64,000 nt of DNA from Fibrobacterales bacterium (GTDB lineage Bacteria; Fibrobacterota; Fibrobacteria; Fibrobacterales; JAOPTW01), in contig JAOPTW010000006.1 of assembly GCA_051532035.1 (NCBI GenBank), forward strand, positions 128,001 through 192,000, in the 5' to 3' direction. The notes beneath the pieces were generated by a model, which saw only the letters and a list, made by a program, of their open reading frames with translations, ran no database searches and had not been told where the DNA came from. The translations under genes and the position numbers were made by a program. This document shows, in pieces, positions 8,740 to 18,385 of this stretch; position 1 is the first letter of the stretch; the number at the start of each line of letters is the position of its first letter.

Positions 8740-11700
8740 ATGCTTCAACATGATAAAACCCTTCAGGGCAATGAACTGATGTTAATACATCTGCGTAGTG
8801 GTGGAATAATTCACTGGGCTGATGAAAATTTTCTGAGATATATGTCTATTCAAGAGATTGACGTTATTGGCGTGCATAAAGATGTACTCTATCAGTCCCC
8901 TCAACTCAGTATTGCAAACATTATTATTCACACTCCCATTGATATTGACCGCCGAGTTGAGGCTGTTGATGAACAGGGTGACCTCTTTGAAGTAAAGATC
9001 ACTTGGAAGCAGAGTGAAGCACATATAGTTATTGAAAATATTGACCGTAAAAAACTGATTAAGAAAGAGAAAGTCTTTGGTAAATTTACCCTCATTGAAA
9101 AAATCGGACGAGGTGGCACTGCCGAAGTGTGGAAGGCCCGTGATGATGATTGGGGCTTAGTTGTTGCTGTTAAAAAAATGATCGCTGGGACTCACGCCAG
9201 TAAAGAAAACATCAAACGGTTTTTAAAAGAAGCCGAACTGATGAAACGCCTCAACCACAATAACATCTGTCACATTCATGAGGTCGGTCAGCACGAGGGC
9301 ATATATTACATATCAATGGAGTATATTGCTGGTGAAGACCTGAATGATTTTATCCTCTCAAATACTTTTTTACAACTCAAACAAAAATTAAAAATCGTTA
9401 AAGATGTACTCTCGGCAGTTCAGCACGCCCATGACAACGACATAATTCACCGCGACCTTAAGCCTGCCAATATTATGATGCGCAACAATGGTGAGCCTGT
9501 CGTTATGGATTTTGGTTTGGCACGTATAATCAATACCGAACATACCATTACTCTTGAAGACCAAGTTGTCGGCACTGTCGACTGGATGTCACCTGAACAG
9601 GCCCAGGCCTCTAGTGACATCGACGAACGAAGTGATATATTCTCAGTTGGCGCCATCATGTATTATCTTATGACGGGGCAAAAATGGTTTAACAGTAGCG
9701 GCAATATTTTTCGTGACACAAAACTGATACAGAAAAAAGAGCTCGTACCACCACGCCTACTCCAACCAACCTTAGCAAAAAGTCTCGAAACGATTATCCT
9801 CAAAGCGATGGATAAAAGTCCTCGAAGACGCTATCAATCTGCCATCAACTTTTTGGGCGACATTGTTCGATTCGAAAAAAATCAACGTATTACCGCTCGT
9901 AAGCCAACAATCCTTCATCGGCTGCACGAAAAATACCGACACAATCCCGTCTATTTTTGGGCACTGTTTTGCGTCGCCTCAATACTCATTCTCTCATCAG
10001 TATTGTTATATGGCCAACGGCTCAAAGAACTTGCCACCTGGGATCTCATTTTTTATGAGGATTTCAGTAGCTATGATTCTCCAACTGATGTCAGTAAACA
10101 CTGGATAGGCTATAGTGCGGATAGTTATACATGGTCTCAAGGGATGATACAACCATTTGCCTTTACCGACTCATCATTTTGGCATCTTGATTCAGGCGTA
10201 TTTACGAGTGATTTATCCAAGAGTAATATTTTTTGTGCAAACCTTACCTATAAAGACCGACTTCCCGGTAATATTCGCGTAGAATGGAAAATGAAAGGTT
10301 TCGAACACAACCTCAATTATGATGCTTACATAGCAGGTGAGACTCGATTTGATGGTTACACTTTTCATCTTGGTGGCTGGGACAATGAACAGTATTTTGT
10401 ACTCACCAAAGGGAAAGACGCTCTTATTCTCGACTATTCTATACAAGACACCCCACTTGAAATTAACCGTGAGTACGAATTTATCATGGAAAAAGAAGAC
10501 AAACACATTCGTCTCTATATGGATGGTGAGCTCATCTTTGACTACTTTGATTACAATATACTCTCAGGTGAGCGCAACCAGAGTTTTGGATTTGACAACT
10601 GCCTTAAGCACACTCAACAGGTGTATGACATAAAAGTGTACACCCAAGCAATCGCTCAAAAGATCTCACCCATCTCTATTGGGGATGCGTTTTTTGCTAA
10701 AGAGCAGTATCAAAATGCCTACGACCAATATTATCAATTGATGAATGCATACTCAGGTTCAAATATTGCAAAAGAAGCCCACTTCAAAAAGGCGCTCTCC
10801 CTAGCAAAACTTAAAAGAGATTCCATAGCGTTTTCTCTCTTTCAAACTTTTGAACAAGAACACCCCAATCATGAACAGGTCCCCTATTCAATCTACGAGA
10901 GAGCTCTTATCTTTCAAAGAAAGGGTGAACCCCATCAAGAAAAACTGCTCTACCAAGAGCTTTCAGTTCGGTTCCCTGGGCATCCTTTATTAAAACCAAT
11001 ATTTTTTAATAAAGGTACGGCACTTCTGAGTGAGTTACATGGACTCAAGACAACCAATCATGACTCAATTGTTTCGACAATACTCTCAAAACTTGATCAA
11101 GTCAAAATATGGGCACAACTTTTTGATCTCGACTTCGAAAACAACCCCTTTTCTCAACCAGTCTTTACACAACTCCTCAACTTAAAAGAATATGATATCA
11201 TTCTAGAGCACTTTAGTAATCCTCGATATATTCATATTTACGACAAGTATGCACAACTCCTCTACAGGATGCAGGCATACGACTCTATTAAGAGTGTCGA
11301 TAATTACACTCAGAAACTTATTGCATTATCCCACCTAAGGCAACGCGACTACAACGCTCTTAAAAAGAGCATCAGGCCCTATGATGGTCACGACGATATG
11401 CTTGCCACACTCTTTGGAATGAATGCCCCTCCTCAGCTCTTTACCCACTTTATCGATGAGCCGCAATTTCAGCCGCAATACTTCTCCTATTACTACACAA
11501 ATGATAAATCAGCCCAACTGAAAAGAATCGATTCATTAAGTGAGATCCAAACCGCCTATGCACGCACAGCCCGCACAGAATTCGACGAAGCCCTTGCCCT
11601 CCCAGAACACGCTAATGGTCTAAAAAAATGGTATCACGCTATGCAGCATCAGATTCCATTTTCTGTAAGCCCTGCTGACCCATTAATCCACTACTCACTC

Positions 11701-12297
11701 TCTACAGCCCAAGACCCCGAATGGACCACCAATCCACAATTTAGAAATACTCTGCCAAGTATTGATCGACACAATAAGGCTGACAGCGCTTTCAACTTTG
11801 ACGATTCTCATTTTGTAGATACCCCACAGAGTGGAGTACTCCCCCCCAATATTACTATCAGTGCATGGATAAACCCTTCGACGGTCCCAACAAACAGAAC
11901 CAGTACTATTTTATCACTGCTCCTCGATAGCACAGAGGGCATCACACTCAATCTTAAAAATATTGAAAGTCACTTCTATTTTGAAGTTGTACAAAAAACA
12001 GGAATAGAAACTGAGCAGTTTAATTCATTTTGCGAATCAACGCTCAGTGCTTGGACCCATCTCACATTGGTTGTTTCAGAAACAGACAAACACTATACTC
12101 TGTATATCAATGGCATGTTTGATTCATATATTCCAAAAATACAATCACTCAATAGCTCATCACTCAGTCGAGTCTATATTGGAACCGATGCTCATTCTAA
12201 AATTCAGTTTTTTAATGGAAGTATCGATGATGTTACAATATATGGAGAGGCATTTAATCCAAAAGAAGTACACGCGCTCTTCCGCAAAGAACAATAA
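8740..12297 (+). CDS. Membrane-anchored Hanks-type Ser/Thr kinase: PAS-like N-terminus, kinase, TM, concanavalin-like domain, TPR-like region, C-terminal LamG-like domain
   Basis: GRGGTAEVW, VAVKK, HRDLKPANI, DFG, WMSPE, DIFSVG; TM FWALFCVASILILSSVLLY; LamG-like ITISAWINP...WTHL...LYING...FNGSIDDV.IY. Confidence 0.88.
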   Translation: MLQHDKTLQGNELMLIHLRSGGIIHWADENFLRYMSIQEIDVIGVHKDVLYQSPQLSIANIIIHTPIDIDRRVEAVDEQGDLFEVKITWKQSEAHIVIENIDRKKLIKKEKVFGKFTLIEKIGRGGTAEVWKARDDDWGLVVAVKKMIAGTHASKENIKRFLKEAELMKRLNHNNICHIHEVGQHEGIYYISMEYIAGEDLNDFILSNTFLQLKQKLKIVKDVLSAVQHAHDNDIIHRDLKPANIMMRNNGEPVVMDFGLARIINTEHTITLEDQVVGTVDWMSPEQAQASSDIDERSDIFSVGAIMYYLMTGQKWFNSSGNIFRDTKLIQKKELVPPRLLQPTLAKSLETIILKAMDKSPRRRYQSAINFLGDIVRFEKNQRITARKPTILHRLHEKYRHNPVYFWALFCVASILILSSVLLYGQRLKELATWDLIFYEDFSSYDSPTDVSKHWIGYSADSYTWSQGMIQPFAFTDSSFWHLDSGVFTSDLSKSNIFCANLTYKDRLPGNIRVEWKMKGFEHNLNYDAYIAGETRFDGYTFHLGGWDNEQYFVLTKGKDALILDYSIQDTPLEINREYEFIMEKEDKHIRLYMDGELIFDYFDYNILSGERNQSFGFDNCLKHTQQVYDIKVYTQAIAQKISPISIGDAFFAKEQYQNAYDQYYQLMNAYSGSNIAKEAHFKKALSLAKLKRDSIAFSLFQTFEQEHPNHEQVPYSIYERALIFQRKGEPHQEKLLYQELSVRFPGHPLLKPIFFNKGTALLSELHGLKTTNHDSIVSTILSKLDQVKIWAQLFDLDFENNPFSQPVFTQLLNLKEYDIILEHFSNPRYIHIYDKYAQLLYRMQAYDSIKSVDNYTQKLIALSHLRQRDYNALKKSIRPYDGHDDMLATLFGMNAPPQLFTHFIDEPQFQPQYFSYYYTNDKSAQLKRIDSLSEIQTAYARTARTEFDEALALPEHANGLKKWYHAMQHQIPFSVSPADPLIHYSLSTAQDPEWTTNPQFRNTLPSIDRHNKADSAFNFDDSHFVDTPQSGVLPPNITISAWINPSTVPTNRTSTILSLLLDSTEGITLNLKNIESHFYFEVVQKTGIETEQFNSFCESTLSAWTHLTLVVSETDKHYTLYINGMFDSYIPKIQSLNSSSLSRVYIGTDAHSKIQFFNGSIDDVTIYGEAFNPKEVHALFRKEQ

Positions 12298-12306
12298 CAT
12301 TGACAT

Positions 12307-12338
12307 AAAAAAGGCCGGTATTGATTAAATACCGGCCT
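12307..12338 (-). terminator. Rho-independent terminator of topB (possibly bidirectional)
   Basis: AGGCCGGTATT-GATTA-AATACCGGCCT; the A-tract on + gives a U-tract on -. Confidence 0.8.
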
Positions 12339-12385
12339 ACATTTCATTTCTACAATAGAAATTAGACTCAATATTGAGTCAACTA

Positions 12386-15067
12386 TTATGATTTCTTTTT
12401 GACCGCTTTCTTAGTTGCTTTCTTAGCAACCTTTTTCTTGGCTACTTTCTTTTTCGTTACTTTTTTGGCTACTTTTTTCTTTACAGCTTTTTTAGTCGCC
12501 TTCTTTTTCGCTACTTTTTTCTTAGCTACTTTCTTTTTAGTAACTCTTTTCTTAGCCGTAGCCTCTGCTTCAACCTCTTGTGCTACACCTTTTGCATCAC
12601 CTTCAGCAGCAGCCTTCTTCCCTTTACGTGGAGGGAACGAGAACTTGATTTTCCCTTTAGCATCGAACTCGAGAAAAGCATCAAAGAGACGTTTAGTCTT
12701 AGTAGAACGCATCCCCTCAATAACATCAGTCTTTTCACCCGCAAGCATCTTCTGCATATTTTCAAGAGTAATCTCTTTACCCAAGATGATACGATTAATA
12801 CGAAGACCTGTCTTCTCTTTTGCTATCTGAGACTTTGAAATATAAATGGTATCGGTCTGATATACTTCTGAATCATCAGTATGAGACTTACCCACATAGG
12901 TTGCTTCGTTGAGATCAATTTGGTCGTCATCATCTTCATTATTGCCAAAATCAAAAGCTATCTTATACTCTTCAGAGAGTTTTATGCTGGCAGTAAAAGG
13001 ATTACCTCTTTTTGAACGAAACCCCTCCATTGGACCAATCTGTTTATCATTCATCAGAGTCTCAATCTCTTCAGGAGCCATCTGACGCCCCCCCATCATA
13101 CGGCGCAATTTAATTTCGCCATCTTCTGAGACATACCGAGAGATCGTTTGATACCATTTTTGGCCACCATGCTTAATAGGGACTTCAAATTTAGTCGAGT
13201 CCTCATCAAATCCTTTGACTTTCGAGACAATTCCCTCAGCCGATTTAACAATCTCTTTCATGAAATCTTTACGAGTCAATTTCCCTTGCTCAATCAATGC
13301 AAGTTTATGTTCCCATTCACCCGTTAACTCTGGTGAACGAAGAGCTTCGATCTCCATCGCTCCAATAAGACGTAACAATTCAATTGCTTTTACTGTAGGA
13401 ATAAGTTCACGGTCCTCACGAACCATATACTTATCACTCACCAATTTTTCAATGATAGCAGCACGAGTCGCTGGTGTTCCAAGGCCCCGTTCTTTCATAG
13501 CATCGGCAAGTTCATCATCCTCAACAAGTTTACCCGCCCCTTCCATTGCAGAAAGAAGGGTCGACTCTGTAAATCGAGCAGGTGGTTTCGTCTGATCGTA
13601 CTCTTTGAGTACCTCTTTAGAGGCGACACTTCCAGGATCAGAAAGAGCTTGTAAGAATTTTTCTCCCGAGCTCTCATTATTATAAATTGCACGCCAACCT
13701 GGAACTTCAAGTACTTTACCTTCAGTTTTAAAGCTTTCACCCTCTACTACAGATATGCGTGTGGTATTTAAAAAGCGAGCAGGAGGAAAAAAGACCCCGA
13801 GAAAACGCTGTACCACCATTGTATAAATCTTCTCTTCTTGATCAGAGAGTTTTTTAGGTGATGCTGTTGTTGGAATGATGGCATGGTGATCCGATATCTT
13901 TGCATTATTAAAAATGCGTTTATCGGGTTTAATAAATCCTTTGCTCAGAGCCTCTTTTGCATATTTTCCAAACTGGCTTGAGTCACCAAGGTGCTCAAAC
14001 GTTTGCTCGACCTGAGGAATATAATCTTCAGGGAGGCATTTAGAGTCGGTTCTTGGATAGGTGAGCATTTTGTGTTTTTCGTAAAGAGACTGTACTATTG
14101 AAAGTGTTCCTCTCGCAGAAAAACCAAAGCGACTATTTGCTTCACGTTGTAAACTAGTCAAATCATAGAGTGGCGGACACTTTGAGGTCGATGGCCTTGC
14201 AGTCTCTGTAACGTCTGCTGGCTTGCCACTGCATTTATTTTTAATCTCTTCAGCACTTGCTTCATCCCATACTCTATCAGCACGACCAATAGGGTTTGTT
14301 TCATCTTTTTTAAATGTGGGGTCATACCATTTTCCTTGATACAGTCCCTCTTTCGAATCAAAATCAGCGGTAAGAGTCCAATAATCTGTAGGAACAAACT
14401 TATTTCTCGCACCTTCTCTCTCAACAATCATACTCAAGGTAGGTGTCTGAACTCGGCCACATGGGGTCAAATGAAACCCACCAAACTTGTTATTATATCC
14501 AGTTAAGCCTCGTGAACCATTAATACCAATAATCCAATCCGCTTCAGATCGACATTTTGCCGCATCTGCAAGATTAATCATCTCTTCATCAGTTCTGAGA
14601 TTGGCAAATCCACGTTGAATTGCCTCTTTTGTCATAGATTGAAGCCAGAGCCTACTCATTTTTTTATTGAGTTTACGCTTCTCTTCTACCTTATCCATTA
14701 TATAGCGAAAGATCAATTCACCTTCGCGGCCCGCATCGCAGGCATTAATAATATGGGTTACTTCTTTATTCCGAATGAGCTTCGAAAGAGCATTATATTG
14801 AACTTTACTTCGGTCAATAGTCTTAAGCTTATACTCTTTTGGGATAATGGGAAGCCATTTAAGGGCCCAACTTTTATACTGTTCATCCATCTCACGTGGA
14901 TCACACAATGTAACAAGGTGACCAACAGCATATGAGACAATATAAGAATCACTCACATAATGAGTCTTCTCTTTTGTAAATGTCCCGGGCAACACTTTGG
15001 TTAAATCTGCTGCGACACTTGGTTTTTCCGCGATAACAAGAGTCAATTCTTGGTTATTTTCGGCCAT
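12386..15067 (-). CDS. topB: Type IA DNA topoisomerase III with Lys-rich C-terminal tail
   Basis: Toprim IAEKPSVA and CDAGREGELIF; GRVQTPTL; catalytic LTYPRTDS; GLGTPATRAAIIE; C-terminal GFRSKRG.PF.A-type repeats. Confidence 0.92.
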   Translation of the reverse strand: MAENNQELTLVIAEKPSVAADLTKVLPGTFTKEKTHYVSDSYIVSYAVGHLVTLCDPREMDEQYKSWALKWLPIIPKEYKLKTIDRSKVQYNALSKLIRNKEVTHIINACDAGREGELIFRYIMDKVEEKRKLNKKMSRLWLQSMTKEAIQRGFANLRTDEEMINLADAAKCRSEADWIIGINGSRGLTGYNNKFGGFHLTPCGRVQTPTLSMIVEREGARNKFVPTDYWTLTADFDSKEGLYQGKWYDPTFKKDETNPIGRADRVWDEASAEEIKNKCSGKPADVTETARPSTSKCPPLYDLTSLQREANSRFGFSARGTLSIVQSLYEKHKMLTYPRTDSKCLPEDYIPQVEQTFEHLGDSSQFGKYAKEALSKGFIKPDKRIFNNAKISDHHAIIPTTASPKKLSDQEEKIYTMVVQRFLGVFFPPARFLNTTRISVVEGESFKTEGKVLEVPGWRAIYNNESSGEKFLQALSDPGSVASKEVLKEYDQTKPPARFTESTLLSAMEGAGKLVEDDELADAMKERGLGTPATRAAIIEKLVSDKYMVREDRELIPTVKAIELLRLIGAMEIEALRSPELTGEWEHKLALIEQGKLTRKDFMKEIVKSAEGIVSKVKGFDEDSTKFEVPIKHGGQKWYQTISRYVSEDGEIKLRRMMGGRQMAPEEIETLMNDKQIGPMEGFRSKRGNPFTASIKLSEEYKIAFDFGNNEDDDDQIDLNEATYVGKSHTDDSEVYQTDTIYISKSQIAKEKTGLRINRIILGKEITLENMQKMLAGEKTDVIEGMRSTKTKRLFDAFLEFDAKGKIKFSFPPRKGKKAAAEGDAKGVAQEVEAEATAKKRVTKKKVAKKKVAKKKATKKAVKKKVAKKVTKKKVAKKKVAKKATKKAVKKKS
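12389..12553 (-). repeat. Low-complexity KKK(VA/AT/AV) coding repeats, histone-H1-like tail of TopB
   Basis: KKRVTKKKVAKKKVAKKKATKKAVKKKVAKKVTKKKVAKKKVAKKATKKAVKKKS; 31 Lys in 55 aa. Confidence 0.9.
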
Positions 15068-15249
15068 AATTCAAAAAACTCGTTTTAGGGCATTGTGACT
15101 CATTAAACAATAATCAGTCAGTGTATTTACCCGTACATAACAATTTCACCCCTAAAACGTCTTGCTTTAGGGCACCAATAAGATACTTCATATTTACTAA
15201 ATTCAAAGAAAAATAAAGGGATTAATTTGAGGTCCCCCTTAAAAATAGT

Positions 15250-15636
15250 CTACTCTTCCTCAAAAATCTCTGATAATGTAAGCTTAAAGTCCTCTACAAA
15301 ATCTTCATTTGCAAATTTAAGGGGTTTTTCGATATACCCTTTAGCGCCAAGCTTCATACATTCCAACATAGTATTCCCCTTTAATGCCGAAATTATCAAC
15401 ACATTGATATCGGGAAACTCCATAGAGAGTTCATTTAAGGTAGTTTTGCCATCTTTATTGGGCATAGTTATGTCTAAGGTAAGAAGATCAGGCTGATATT
15501 TACGATAATATTTGACTGCATCATTCCCATCATTCCCAGTAGCCAGGACTTTATAACCCATTTTTTCAGTAAAAAACCACACCAACTGTTCAAGCTGGAA
15601 ATCCGAATCATCAATAAGTACTACTGATTTTGACAT
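15250..15636 (-). CDS. Single-domain response regulator (CheY-like)
   Basis: LIDDS, LLTLDITMPNKDG, ISAL, YIEKP; directly downstream of the CheA-like kinase. Confidence 0.9.
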   Translation of the reverse strand: MSKSVVLIDDSDFQLEQLVWFFTEKMGYKVLATGNDGNDAVKYYRKYQPDLLTLDITMPNKDGKTTLNELSMEFPDINVLIISALKGNTMLECMKLGAKGYIEKPLKFANEDFVEDFKLTLSEIFEEE

Positions 15637-15642
15637 ACTATC

Positions 15643-18225
15643 CTATACTGATATCAAGGGAACGCGTATCGTAAATACCGACCCCTCATCTTTAGCCGAA
15701 GAGAGATCAATAGTTCCTCCGAGGCGCTTTACATTCCGTGCTACAACTGACATTCCAACTCCTCTTCCAGAGGTAATGCTGACCTCCTCTTTTTGTGAGA
15801 GGTCCTGGAGGAATATTAAATTTACTTTTTCTTTATCTGAAAGCCTATCTATATCTTCAGGAATGATCAAATTCTGCTCAAGAGCCCTTTGGGCAATCCC
15901 CTCTGGATCAATACCGACGCCATTATCCTTAACAATAAACTGCTCTTCATCTTTCTGTAAATTATAGACCAGCTTTACTACAAAAGAACCCTCAGTTTTA
16001 CCTTCACACCCATGATCAAATGCATTTTTTATCAACTGCACCAGGGCATCATCAAAACGACTAAAGGTATCTGGGTGGAGCTCAATATCAGACGAAACCA
16101 CTTCGAGCTTGGCAGGTACTTGCAGTCTATTATAGAACTTCTCTGCAAGGTCGTGATACTTTTTGGTCAAGAAATGAGGTGATTTGTACTGCATCGTTGT
16201 GCAGAGCTTAAGCAGGTCTTGATAAAGGTCTTCATTAAATCCGTTCCGTAAAGTCCCTATGGCATCCATAATTCGAGAAACTTTTGACTTTGAAACATCA
16301 ATATACTCTTCTTCAGGCTTAAAAAGCAGCCTAAAGAGTTGCTCGAGTTTATCCATACTTTCCACGAGTTCTTCTATCGCTTCACGAAATTCAGAAACCA
16401 TATCTTCACGGCTCAATGACCCTATTTTAAATATATGAAGGACCTCTTCGGCGTTGTGCGCATAGAGGCTCACATCTACAAACCCAAGACTTCCTGCATT
16501 ACCCTTAATAGTGTGTAATTCATCCATCCAGGCACTGGCTTTATAATCATCTTTAAACTGTGAGAGCTCTGACAAAATAAAGCGCACCCGCTTATGAGAG
16601 TCTGTTAGAAAGTCATTGATAATGCTTCTTGAGTTTTTAACAAGGGCAATAATGGTTTGCACTTCCCGCTCATTTTTCTCACGCTCTACTTCAATTCTAT
16701 TTTCAATTTCAATATCTTCGCTCACATCACGAGCCAATACCATTATTTTATTCAGCACGCCTGTTTTTTGATCAAAAAGCGGCTGAAAGTTGAGGTCAAC
16801 ATATTTCACAGTATCATCGTCATGCTCTATTTCAACTTCTGTTATAGAGAGAAGCTTCTGGAGTTTTGACCACCGCATCTTCCCATGTTTCTCTTTAACC
16901 AGTTCAAGCCAAGACATAAAATCTCTCAACTCTTGATCGGTCAACCTAAAAAGTTCAGTAAGTGACGTATTTTGAAACTGCTCTATCTCAAGAATTTCAT
17001 TTGTCTGTTTAGAGCATTCTGGGTTTATTGAACCATCAAGATTAATAGTAAAGAGCCCTTGATAGATATTATCCATAATCTCTTTCAGCTGCTGGATTTT
17101 CTCTTCGACCAAAAACTCAAGATCATCGGTATAGTTCTTAAGTTTAGAGCGCATAAATTCAACATTTTGAGCGAGGTACCCGAGTTCATCATTCCCCGTC
17201 TTGACCCGCACTTCACTCTTTAAATTTCCATCTGCTATCTGACGAGTAACATCCGCTATCTGCTTGATAGGAGTCACGAGTTTTTTAGTAACAACAAGTG
17301 TTATCAGTGTTGCGATAATAACAATTGCAATAACGATTAGAATCAATACATTAAGGGCGTCATCAACCTCAGCAGTTATCTCTTTAAGAGGCACTTGTAT
17401 AATCACCCCAATATTTTGCTGTGGCATAATACGACACACCGCAAAGTAATCTACCCCATCTTCAGTATAGCGTAGATATTCTGACCCATTCCCTTCAATT
17501 ATTGCCTTAACCGGCGCACTTGAAAGGAATACTTTACGAGCTAATGAGTCACTCCTGAGATATTGAATCTTTCTTTTATCAGGATGTGATACCAACACTC
17601 CTTGGCGGGTTACAATATATGCAAACCCACTCTGACCTATTTTTCTCGAATCAGCAACACTCCAAAGGCGACGAAGGGATATATCTGCCACCACAAAACC
17701 CGGTTCATTATAGCCTTGGAAATACTGGGCGATAGAAGTATGGGGAAGGTCGTATTTCCACATGATATTATTGGCATAGTAAACCGATGTCCAACGATCA
17801 TTGTACGAATCCAACTTAAGCTCTTCTTTTCGATTTTTAAGAGTCGTACTCAATCTATTAGTAACGAGCTCTTGTCCGGAAGAGTCAAGAACTGCTAACT
17901 TTTCGGTAATGGAAAAAAAAAGATTCATCTCATCACGTTTAATCTCAGCAATCATTTTCGATTGATCCAAAGTCCGAATGGTACTAATAGAAGAGACAAT
18001 GGCAACACTTTGCTCGATAGGCTCAAACTGGGATTCTATTTGCGAAACTAATTGATTAGCACTATTTATCGTACTCTCTTCAACCCGTTGAATAAGTGAG
18101 CGCTCAAAGTCTTGTAAAATGACAAAACTTACCAATAGCACAGAAATAATTGAAACTCCGAGCGTCAGTGCGAGAAGCTTTCCATGTATGCCATTAAAAC
18201 GTAAGAAAGTTTTTTGTATCCCCAT
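15643..18225 (-). CDS. Membrane-bound CheA-like (class II) histidine kinase: TM-Cache-TM-HAMP-PAS-like-Hpt-HATPase, no CheW domain
   Basis: Two TMs; Cache-like GFAYIVTRQGVLVSHPD; HAMP PIKQI...GNDELGYL; Hpt LHTIKGNAGSLGF; CheA-type QLIKNAFDHG, DNGVGID, SGRGVGM; protein ends right after the HATPase. Confidence 0.85.
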   Translation of the reverse strand: MGIQKTFLRFNGIHGKLLALTLGVSIISVLLVSFVILQDFERSLIQRVEESTINSANQLVSQIESQFEPIEQSVAIVSSISTIRTLDQSKMIAEIKRDEMNLFFSITEKLAVLDSSGQELVTNRLSTTLKNRKEELKLDSYNDRWTSVYYANNIMWKYDLPHTSIAQYFQGYNEPGFVVADISLRRLWSVADSRKIGQSGFAYIVTRQGVLVSHPDKRKIQYLRSDSLARKVFLSSAPVKAIIEGNGSEYLRYTEDGVDYFAVCRIMPQQNIGVIIQVPLKEITAEVDDALNVLILIVIAIVIIATLITLVVTKKLVTPIKQIADVTRQIADGNLKSEVRVKTGNDELGYLAQNVEFMRSKLKNYTDDLEFLVEEKIQQLKEIMDNIYQGLFTINLDGSINPECSKQTNEILEIEQFQNTSLTELFRLTDQELRDFMSWLELVKEKHGKMRWSKLQKLLSITEVEIEHDDDTVKYVDLNFQPLFDQKTGVLNKIMVLARDVSEDIEIENRIEVEREKNEREVQTIIALVKNSRSIINDFLTDSHKRVRFILSELSQFKDDYKASAWMDELHTIKGNAGSLGFVDVSLYAHNAEEVLHIFKIGSLSREDMVSEFREAIEELVESMDKLEQLFRLLFKPEEEYIDVSKSKVSRIMDAIGTLRNGFNEDLYQDLLKLCTTMQYKSPHFLTKKYHDLAEKFYNRLQVPAKLEVVSSDIELHPDTFSRFDDALVQLIKNAFDHGCEGKTEGSFVVKLVYNLQKDEEQFIVKDNGVGIDPEGIAQRALEQNLIIPEDIDRLSDKEKVNLIFLQDLSQKEEVSITSGRGVGMSVVARNVKRLGGTIDLSSAKDEGSVFTIRVPLISV

Positions 18226-18385
18226 TCATGCCCGTACGAAGTATAATGCGACACACTATTATGTATAGGCGTTATCTGCTCACTTAGTCAGATTCAGCAA
18301 ACCCATAATAATCAAAATATTTATGCCACTTTGGTTATATTTAAATAATATATTAAAATACGGATACTCTGTATTGATTTCGGTA

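Noticed and set aside
12399..12830. 143-aa + strand ORF rich in FFLAT repeats resembling a membrane protein
   Set aside because: Antisense shadow of the Lys-rich TopB tail (AAA/AAG codons read as TTT/CTT).
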